NCBI GenBank assembly: GCA_041496385.1
Contig: JBGQEL010000022.1
Coordinates: 1 to 52,848 of the forward strand
DNA length: 52,848 nt
Source: Candidatus Methylomirabilia bacterium
Lineage (GTDB): Bacteria > Methylomirabilota > Methylomirabilia > Rokubacteriales > CSP1-6
Direction of reading: 5' to 3'
Under the pieces are notes generated by a model. That model was not told the DNA's origin. It made no database searches and worked only from the letters and a program-made list of their open reading frames with translations. How positions within the stretch are numbered: position 1 is the stretch's first letter; each line of letters begins with the position of its first letter. Below are positions 46,713-52,848 of this stretch, piece by piece. Both the position numbers and the translations under genes were made by a program.

Positions 46713-48416
46713 ATGGACACGTATCGCGTGCAGCGCCGCCCGGGCGGGGAGCGGCGGGTCGAGGCGGGCGACCGCGGGTCGCACGTCCTGGGCCATCCCA
46801 TGTACAACAAGGGGAGCGCCTTCACGGCCGAGGAGCGGCGCGCCTTCGGGCTCGAGGGCCTCCTGCCCGCGGCGATCAACACGATCGACCAGCAGGCCGC
46901 GCGTGTCTACGAGAACCTCGCGCGCAAGACCGACCCGCTCGAGACATACATCGGCCTCGCCTCGCTGCAGGACCGGAACGAGCACCTCTTCTACCACGTG
47001 CTCTGCGAGCATCTCGAGGAGCTGCTGCCCATCGTCTACACGCCGACGGTCGGCCGCGCCTGCCAGCAGTTCAGCCACATCTTCCGGCGTGCGCGCGGGC
47101 TCTGGATCACGCCCGACCAGAAAGGGCGCATCTACGACGTGCTCGGCAACGCGCCCTTCGACGACGTACGCCTGATCGTGGTGACCGACAACGAGCGCAT
47201 CCTCGGGCTCGGCGACCAGGGCGCCGGCGGGATGGGTATTCCGGTGGGCAAGGTCGCCGTGTACACGGCCGCCGCCGGGATCCATCCGAGCCAGACCCTT
47301 CCGATCAGCCTCGACGTCGGCACCGACAACCGGGCGCTCCTCGACGACGACCTCTACCTGGGATGGCGCCACCCGCGACTCCGCGGCCCGGCGTACGACG
47401 ATGTCGTGGAGGAGTTCGTCACCGCGGTCCGGCACCGGTTCCCGCACGCGCTCCTCCAGTGGGAGGATTTCAAGAAGCAGAACGCCTTCAACCTGCTCGA
47501 CCGCTACCGGAGCACGCTCCCCTCGTTCAACGACGACATCCAGGGGACGGGCGCCTGTGCCCTCGCCGGCGTCATGGCGGCGGCGCGGCTCACCGGCACG
47601 CCGCTCTCGCGCCAGCGGGTGCTCGTCCTGGGGGCGGGCGCGGCCGGGATCGGCATCGCGCGGCAGATCAGGGACGCGCTCGCGCGCGCCGGCCTCCGTG
47701 GCGACGACCTCACACGCGCGGTGGCGCTCGTGGACCTGCCGGGGCTGCTCGTGGACGACGGCCAGCCCCTCGACGCCTACCAGCGCCCATTCGCCTGGCC
47801 GCGTGCGCTCGCCGGGGCCTGCGGGCTCACGCTCCCGCACGACCTCGAGGCGGTCGTGCGCTCCCTCAGGCCCACGGTACTCATCGGCGTCTGCGGCCAG
47901 GCGGGGGCGTTCACGAAGTCAGCGGTCCAGGCCATGGCGGCGTTCGTCGAGCGTCCCGTGATCCTCCCGCTCTCCAACCCCACGAGCCAGTCCGAGGCCG
48001 TGCCCGCCGACCTGATCGCCTGGACCGAAGGGCGGGCGCTCGTGGCGACCGGGAGCCCGTTCGCTCCCGTCGCATGGAGCGGCCGGACCATTCGAATCGG
48101 CCAGAGCAACAACGCGTTCGTCTTCCCGGGCATCGGGCTCGGCGCGCTCGTGGCAGAGGCGCGCGAGGTGAGCGACGGCATGTGCCGCGCGGCCGCGGAA
48201 GCGCTCGCGGACCAGGCCACGGCCGACGACCTCGCAGCCGGCAGTCTCTATCCGCGTGTCCGCGACCTGCGGGTCGTCGTCGGGCGCATCGCGGAAGCCG
48301 TCGTGCGCCAGGCGCGCGACGAGGGCCTCGGCCGCCAGCTCCCCGACGCGGCGATCCCCGGCGCCGTCGCCGCCGCCCGCTGGGAGCCGCGCTACCTCCC
48401 GCTCGACGCCGCGTAA
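46713..48416 (+). CDS. maeA: NAD-dependent malic enzyme
   Basis: YNKGSAFT, LPIVYTPTVG, ERILGLGDQG, QWEDF, FNDDIQGTG, GAGAAGIG, LSNPT, NNAFVFPGIG. Confidence 0.93.
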   Translation: MDTYRVQRRPGGERRVEAGDRGSHVLGHPMYNKGSAFTAEERRAFGLEGLLPAAINTIDQQAARVYENLARKTDPLETYIGLASLQDRNEHLFYHVLCEHLEELLPIVYTPTVGRACQQFSHIFRRARGLWITPDQKGRIYDVLGNAPFDDVRLIVVTDNERILGLGDQGAGGMGIPVGKVAVYTAAAGIHPSQTLPISLDVGTDNRALLDDDLYLGWRHPRLRGPAYDDVVEEFVTAVRHRFPHALLQWEDFKKQNAFNLLDRYRSTLPSFNDDIQGTGACALAGVMAAARLTGTPLSRQRVLVLGAGAAGIGIARQIRDALARAGLRGDDLTRAVALVDLPGLLVDDGQPLDAYQRPFAWPRALAGACGLTLPHDLEAVVRSLRPTVLIGVCGQAGAFTKSAVQAMAAFVERPVILPLSNPTSQSEAVPADLIAWTEGRALVATGSPFAPVAWSGRTIRIGQSNNAFVFPGIGLGALVAEAREVSDGMCRAAAEALADQATADDLAAGSLYPRVRDLRVVVGRIAEAVVRQARDEGLGRQLPDAAIPGAVAAARWEPRYLPLDAA

Positions 48417-48420
48417 CGCC

Positions 48421-48780
48421 TCAGGTCCAGCCGAAGAAGTCGCGCGCCCAGCCGAACGTGCCGATGCCGGCCGCGGCCGCCGCCTCGCGGTCCTTGTCCG
48501 CGTCGCCGACGTGCGTCGACGCGGCGAGGTCTACGCCGTGCACGTGCGCCAGGTCGAGGAACATCCCGGGCCGGGGCTTGCGGCAGTCGCAGCCGTCCGC
48601 GTCCGAGTGCGGGCAGATCCGCCAGTCGGTGAACGGATGTCCGAGCCGCGCGTTGGCCCAGGCGAAACGGCGCAGGACGTCCGCCGCCGTGATCTCGCCC
48701 TTCAAGATCCGCGCCTGGTTCGACACCCGGAAGCAGAGTGTGAAGCCGGGCCGGACCCGCTCGAGGACCTCCGCAGAACT
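48421..48780 (-). pseudogene. 5'-truncated HAD-IIIA (GmhB/histidinol-phosphatase-like) gene
   Basis: SNQ, CPH..GCDCRKPRPGM and VGD..D motifs present; in-frame stop at 48781-48783 and no DxD motif upstream. Confidence 0.7.
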
Positions 48781-48823
48781 TCACCGAAACTTCATGAAGA
48801 CGACACACGAGAGGCGCTAGGCT
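48779..48823 (+). promoter_or_regulatory. Pho-box-like 11-bp repeats with -10 element
   Basis: CTTCACCGAAA/CTTCATGAAGA/CGACAC, then TAGGCT 11 nt later; GTG start 6 nt after (leaderless). Confidence 0.6.
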
Positions 48824-48829
48824 CCGGCC

Positions 48830-49333
48830 GTGATCACGCCCCTCACGATCCGTCGCGCGGCGCCCGACGACCTCGTCCCGGTCACCGCGCTGCTCCGGGA
48901 GCTCGGTTACCCCGCGGAGGCCGAGCGCGTCGCGCCGACGCTCCGCCAGCTGCTCGACGATCCGGGAGCGTCCGTCCTGATCGCGACCGAGGACGGCCGC
49001 GGCGTCGTGGGGCTCCTGTCGCTCTCGTGCCGGCCCGTGCTGCGGCTCCAGGGAATCGCGGGGACGATCGAGGAGCTGGTGGTACGCCGCGACGCACGCT
49101 CGCGCGGCGTGGGCGACCGGCTACTCCAGCACGCCAAGGGAATCGCGGCGGGGCGTGGCTGGATTCGCCTCGAGATCCCCGTGGCGCGGCTCCGCGACGC
49201 GAACCGCAACGTGTTCTTCGCCGATCGCGGTTTCGGGCCGGCGGACAGCGTGATCTACCGCTGGGCCCGGCTCGAGGGAAGTCACCCTGCCCTGCCCGCG
49301 CTGACCCACGCCCGCCACCGCGAGATCGCGTAG
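48830..49333 (+). CDS. GNAT acetyltransferase, PhnO-like
   Basis: GTIEELVVRRDARSRGVGDRLL resembles PhnO GEIQELVV..ARGLNVGSKLL; near phnZ. Confidence 0.65.
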   Translation: MITPLTIRRAAPDDLVPVTALLRELGYPAEAERVAPTLRQLLDDPGASVLIATEDGRGVVGLLSLSCRPVLRLQGIAGTIEELVVRRDARSRGVGDRLLQHAKGIAAGRGWIRLEIPVARLRDANRNVFFADRGFGPADSVIYRWARLEGSHPALPALTHARHREIA

Positions 49334-49361
49334 GCCCGCGCGCGCGCGGTCGAGTCGGAAT

Positions 49362-49405
49362 CTTCGCGCGCGCGTCATTCCCGCGCAACCCGGACGCGGC
49401 ATCGT
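49362..49405 (+). promoter_or_regulatory. Pho-box-like 11-bp repeats upstream of the small ORF
   Basis: CTTCGCGCGCG/CGTCATTCCCG/CGCAAC, then CATCGT 10 nt later. Confidence 0.45.
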
Positions 49406-49426
49406 CTCCGGCCGGGGGGAGAGAGC

Positions 49427-49606
49427 ATGTCGATGCGCACGGCCGTTGGACGGAGGGGGAACCGCCGGGGGCGACCGTCGCCCGTCACCGCGTTCGCGCT
49501 CCGGATCAGCGAGTGGTTGAACGCCCAGCCCATGCTGTCGGGCCGTGAGGTGCTGATGCTGCGACGCCTCCGCTCGCCCCTGGCGGGTGATCGCCTCCGA
49601 GGCTAG
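49427..49606 (+). CDS. 59-aa Arg-rich small protein of unknown function
   Basis: ATG with GGAGAGAG RBS; MSMRTAVGRRGNRRGRPSPVTAFALRISEWLNAQPMLSGREVLMLRRLRSPLAGDRLRG; below the ORF-track cutoff. Confidence 0.45.
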   Translation: MSMRTAVGRRGNRRGRPSPVTAFALRISEWLNAQPMLSGREVLMLRRLRSPLAGDRLRG

Positions 49607-49648
49607 CCCGGCGGTCGACAGCCGTGGGCGACGGGACAGTGCGCCGGG

Positions 49649-49704
49649 TGTCACCCAACGTTTACGGTGACGTCACGAGCGTGAAACACCATCACGTGTA
49701 GCGT
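49649..49704 (+). promoter_or_regulatory. Pho-box-like 11-bp repeats upstream of phnZ
   Basis: TGTCACCCAAC/GTTTACGGTGA/CGTCACGAGCG/TGAAAC, then TAGCGT 11 nt later. Confidence 0.65.
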
Positions 49705-49759
49705 GTCGGTCGATGTCGATGCCGATGCGCCTTCGTAGACAGCGCCTGGAGGTAGGCTC

Positions 49760-50341
49760 ATGAAGACCGCGCCCGGTCCCGACACCGCGGACGCCTTCGT
49801 CGAGACGCTGCTCGAGCTGCTCGCGGAGCGAGGGCGGTGGCTCTACGACGGCGGCGTGAGCCAGCTCGAGCACGCGCTCCAGTGCGCGGTGCTCGCGAGC
49901 GCCGACGGCGCGCCGGTGAGCCTCGTCGTCGCCGCCCTCCTGCACGACGTCGGGCACCTGCTGTCCGACGAGCCCGGTCGGGGCTCGGCCGGCGGCGATC
50001 GCGACCTGCGCCACGAAGCGGTGGGGGCGCGGTTCCTGCACCGCTGGTTTCCAGCGGCCGTCGCCGACCCCGTCGCGCTGCACGTCCGTGCCAAGCGCTA
50101 CCTGGTGACGCTCGACCTCGGCTACGCGGACACGCTCTCCGAGGCGTCGCGGCGGAGCTTCGTCGTCCAGGGGGCGCTGCTCGGTCCCGAGGAAGTGGCC
50201 GCGTTCCGCGCGCTTCCCTACGCGACGGCGGCGGTGGCGCTGCGACGCTGGGACGACCGGGCCAAGGTGCCCGGCCTCCTGACGCCGCCACTCGCCGCCT
50301 TCGCGCCGATGGTGCACGCCCAGGTCCGGCGGCGGCCCTGA
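49760..50341 (+). CDS. phnZ: HD-domain diiron phosphonate oxygenase, PhnZ family
   Basis: VSQLEHALQ, AALLHDVGH, RHEAVG, LHVRAKRYL, LSEASRRS..QG, LRRWDDRAK; GGAGG RBS. Confidence 0.85.
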   Translation: MKTAPGPDTADAFVETLLELLAERGRWLYDGGVSQLEHALQCAVLASADGAPVSLVVAALLHDVGHLLSDEPGRGSAGGDRDLRHEAVGARFLHRWFPAAVADPVALHVRAKRYLVTLDLGYADTLSEASRRSFVVQGALLGPEEVAAFRALPYATAAVALRRWDDRAKVPGLLTPPLAAFAPMVHAQVRRRP

Positions 50342-50344
50342 AGT

Positions 50345-50606
50345 TCCCGGGCCGAGGCGCTGCACGGCCTTCTCCGCTTGCCGCGGAAGTCCGAACGACA
50401 GGCGGCGCGGCGGGCGCTCGACCGGGTCGGCCTCGGCGCCCGCGTCACCGAGAGGGCGCGCGGTCTCGGGCCGTGGATCGGCCCCCGCCGTCGCCCTCGA
50501 GTTCTGCGACCGGGTCATAGCGCTGACCGATGGGCTCCTCGTCTTCGACGGCGCTCCGGCCGCCCTCAGCAGTGAGCGGATCGCCAGGAGCCGCGGCACC
50601 GGCTGA
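50345..50606 (+). pseudogene. Remnant of a phosphonate ABC ATPase gene (phnC-like)
   Basis: One frame: LHGLLRLPRKSERQAARRALDRVGLGARVTERARGL; another frame: VALEFCDRVIALTDGLLVFDGAPAAL; the intervening Walker B region is missing. Confidence 0.65.
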
Positions 50607-50611
50607 GCCGG

Positions 50612-50788
50612 TTATCCCCACTCATCCACAGGAAACCCGCAGTCCCTCCCCAGCAATCGAATAGTTGTCGCTTCGTGTAGCTTTGTCCACGGAGTCGGAA
50701 CGACAGGCGATCGGCCTTATTTCAAGCACATTTCTAGGCTGTGGATAGCGGTGGATAGTGGTGGATAGTGGTGGATAGCTGTGGATGG
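50612..50788. promoter_or_regulatory. Cluster of 8 DnaA-box-like 9-mers
   Basis: TTATCCCCA 50612, TCATCCACA 50622, TTGTCCACG 50683; five reverse boxes (T/G)GTGGAT(A/G)G at 50740-50788 with 10-bp period. Confidence 0.65.
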
Positions 50789-50816
50789 CTGCTGGCACGC
50801 GTGGAGGTGCTCGAGG

Positions 50817-51404
50817 TCACCGGCCGCGTGGACTTCGCCGCCCTGGGCGGACTCGTCGCCGAGCGGCTGGCGGGCTGACGCGCTCCGTCTCGGCCGCGTC
50901 GCCGAGGAGCTTCTCGACGATCACGCAGTCGCGCCACTGCCCCTCGAGCTTGCCGTGGCGCCGGTACACGCCGACCACGCGGAAGCCGGCGCGCTCGTGC
51001 AGCGCGAGGCTCGCGACGTTCTCGGGGAAGATGCGCGAGGCGAGCTTCCAGAAGCCGCGCGCCGCGTACTCCCGGCAGAGCCCCGCCAGGGCGGCGCGGC
51101 CGGCGCCCGCGCCGCGGGCGTCCCGGTCGACGTAGACCGAATGCTCGGCGACGCCGGCGTAGGCCGGACGGGAGCGGTAGGGTCCGGCCGAGGCCCAGGC
51201 CACTACGACGCCGTTGCGCTCGACGACGACCGTCGGGTAGCGCTCCCCCTTGTCGGTCAGCTGGGCCGCGATCTGCGCGGGCGTCCGCGGCTCGGTCTCG
51301 AACGTGGCGATGCGCTCCTCGATGCCCTGGTTGTAGATACGGGCGATCGCGCCGGCGTCCGATCGCGCCGCGAGCCGCACGCCGAGGTCGCCCCGAGCCG
51401 CCAC
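50817..51404 (-). CDS. arsN1: ArsN1 / phosphinothricin-type N-acetyltransferase
   Basis: IYNQGIEERIATFET, EHSVYVDRDARGAG, WKLASRIFPEN, RRHGKLEGQWRD; TACCAT -10 7 nt before GTG; divergent from arsM. Confidence 0.75.
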   Translation of the reverse strand: MAARGDLGVRLAARSDAGAIARIYNQGIEERIATFETEPRTPAQIAAQLTDKGERYPTVVVERNGVVVAWASAGPYRSRPAYAGVAEHSVYVDRDARGAGAGRAALAGLCREYAARGFWKLASRIFPENVASLALHERAGFRVVGVYRRHGKLEGQWRDCVIVEKLLGDAAETERVSPPAARRRVRPGRRSPRGR

Positions 51405-51444
51405 GAGGGGAATGGTACGCCCCGGGGAGGGCCCGCGACATAGT

Positions 51445-51474
51445 TTGACATATGTAGAAATATCGATATATGAT
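51445..51474 (+). promoter_or_regulatory. Sigma70 promoter of arsM with overlapping ArsR/SmtB-type operator
   Basis: TTGACA-N18-TATGAT; imperfect palindrome CATATGTAGA-AATA-TCGATATATG at 51449-51472. Confidence 0.75.
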
Positions 51475-51504
51475 TCCGCCATCAGGTCGAACGAGGAGGC
51501 GGAC

Positions 51505-52368
51505 ATGGCAGACGAGAAGATCAGGGAGATGGTCAAAGAAAAATACGGGCAGGCGGCGCTCCGCGTGACGAGCGGCGGCGGCAGCTCCTGCTGTGGCAGC
51601 GCGTCGTCGCGCGGGGAGTGCGACCCGATCACGTCGAACCTGTACGCGCGTGGCGAGACCGCCGAGCTGCCGGCGGCGGCCGTGGCGGCCTCGCTCGGCT
51701 GCGGCAACCCGACGGCCCTCGCGGAGCTGCGGCCCGGCGAGACCGTGCTCGACCTGGGCTCGGGCGGCGGGATCGACGTCCTGCTCTCGGCCCGGCGCGT
51801 CGGGTCGGCGGGCAAGGCCTACGGCCTGGACATGACCGACGAGATGCTGGCGCTCGCCCGTGACAACCAGCGGAAGGCCGGCGTCACGAACGTGGAGTTC
51901 CTCAAGGGTGAGATCGAGACCATCCCGCTCCCGGACGATTCCGTGGACGTGATCATCTCGAACTGCGTCATCAACCTCTCGGCCGACAAGGACCGGGTGC
52001 TCGCCGAGGCGTTCCGCGTGCTCAAGCCCGGCGGGCGCTTCGCCGTGTCCGACGTCGTCGTCCGCGGCGAGGTGCCGCCGGCGATCCGGCGGAGCGTGGA
52101 GCTCTGGATCGGCTGCGTCGCCGGCGCGCTCGAGGAGGGGGAGTACCGGGAGAAGCTGGCCGAGGCCGGCTTCGAGGGGATCGACGTCGAGCCGACGCGC
52201 GTCTATCGCGTGGAGGACGCGCGCGAGTTCCTGGCCGGCCGCGAGGGCATCGACGTCGACGCGATCGCGCCCCAGGTGGACGGCAAGTTCATGAGCGCGT
52301 TCGTCCGCGCGCGCAAGCCCGCCGCAGGGTGTTCACCGAACATTTACCCAGGCGTCATCGTCCCGTAA
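51505..52368 (+). CDS. arsM: Arsenite S-adenosylmethionine methyltransferase
   Basis: SSCCG, SLGCGNP, VLDLGSGGGID, ISNCVINL, WIGCVAGA; GAGGAGG RBS. Confidence 0.93.
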   Translation: MADEKIREMVKEKYGQAALRVTSGGGSSCCGSASSRGECDPITSNLYARGETAELPAAAVAASLGCGNPTALAELRPGETVLDLGSGGGIDVLLSARRVGSAGKAYGLDMTDEMLALARDNQRKAGVTNVEFLKGEIETIPLPDDSVDVIISNCVINLSADKDRVLAEAFRVLKPGGRFAVSDVVVRGEVPPAIRRSVELWIGCVAGALEEGEYREKLAEAGFEGIDVEPTRVYRVEDAREFLAGREGIDVDAIAPQVDGKFMSAFVRARKPAAGCSPNIYPGVIVP

Positions 52369-52374
52369 CTCCGG
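52331..52374 (+). promoter_or_regulatory. Pho-box-like 11-bp repeats upstream of the second phoB
   Basis: GTTCACCGAAC/ATTTACCCAGG/CGTCATCGTCC/CGTAACTCCGG. Confidence 0.65.
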
Positions 52375-52420
52375 GGGCGGACACTCCGGCGCGATGAACA
52401 CCGCGCGGGAGGTCGATCCG

Positions 52421-52848
52421 ATGACCGCCGGCCGGCGCCGGGGCCGCGAGGCCCCGGGGGCGCCGGCCCCCCAGCGCCTCGGCCGCGTGCTCCTCCTCGA
52501 AGACGAACAGGACGTCGCCGAGCTCATCCGCTACAACCTCGTCCGCGAAGGCTACGAGGTGGTCGTGTCCGGCAACGGGGCCGAGGCGCTCCGCCTCGCG
52601 CGGGAGCACCGCCCCGACGTGATCCTGCTCGACATCATGGTGCCGCAGCTCAACGGCTGGGAGGTCTGCCGCCGGCTCAAGCAGGATCCGGCGCTCTCCA
52701 CGATTCCCGTCATCATGGTGACGGGCCGCGTGGACGAGGGGGACAAGGTCCTCGGCTTCGAGCTGGGCGCCGACGACTACGTGACCAAGCCGTTCTCGCC
52801 CCGCGAGCTGATCGCGCGAATCCGCGCCGTGGCCCGCCGGGGCAAGCA
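52421..52848 (+). CDS. PhoB-like response regulator, truncated by the window edge
   Basis: GGGAGG RBS; LLEDEQDVAELIRYNL, PDVILLDIMVP, GADDYVTKPFSPREL; absent from the ORF track because there is no stop in the window. Confidence 0.88.
   Translation, partial: MTAGRRRGREAPGAPAPQRLGRVLLLEDEQDVAELIRYNLVREGYEVVVSGNGAEALRLAREHRPDVILLDIMVPQLNGWEVCRRLKQDPALSTIPVIMVTGRVDEGDKVLGFELGADDYVTKPFSPRELIARIRAVARRGK

Noticed and set aside
48781..48795. Selenocysteine or readthrough at the TGA in MKFR*SSAE to rescue the GmhB-like gene
   Set aside because: Readthrough would still not supply the DxD motif, and no SECIS-like hairpin was recognised
50817..52368. Arsinothricin biosynthetic cluster
   Set aside because: No ArsL radical SAM gene in the window; the only radical SAM genes are cofG and cofH

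Overview
Very GC-rich bacterial chromosomal window. The gene content and style suggest a soil bacterium such as Candidatus Rokubacteria, but this is an unverified inference. In order it contains: HAD hydrolase and CopD-like genes; a minus-strand coenzyme F420 cluster (LLM oxidoreductase, cofG, cofH, HU, degenerate GNAT, cofD, cofC, cofE, npdG); mnmG, an MFS transporter and a PaaI thioesterase; a four-gene signalling block (GlrK-like kinase, QseG-like lipoprotein, REC-GAF-kinase hybrid, sigma54 activator); PII-amtB-glnA; a pseudo-receiver ANTAR regulator; urtABCDE and ureA-GNAT-ureBCEFGD; DUF47-PiT-phoB-phoR; a sigma54-preceded PFOR / DHODH-like / LIV-type ABC / malic enzyme operon; and a mosaic phosphonate/arsenic islet (PhnO-like GNAT, 59-aa ORF, phnZ, phnC remnant, DnaA-box cluster, arsN1, arsM, second phoB). 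The best candidate for an undescribed system is a nitrogen/urea regulatory cascade readable in the DNA. Three sigma54 promoters share paired 17-bp TGCC(TA)-N5-TAGGCA-type enhancers at fixed spacing, and an ANTAR protein lacking the phospho-Asp sits next to a dual A1/G4 hexaloop RNA in the urtA leader. Other notable signals are four 11-bp-period Pho-like boxes, a dispersed CGAGCGGTGAGATGG repeat family (one array forms an ORF coupled to cofD and cofC), a 155-nt hairpin element and an 8-box DnaA-like cluster. No rRNA, tRNA, CRISPR, transposase or integrase was recognised. All family assignments come from motif recognition, not database searches.
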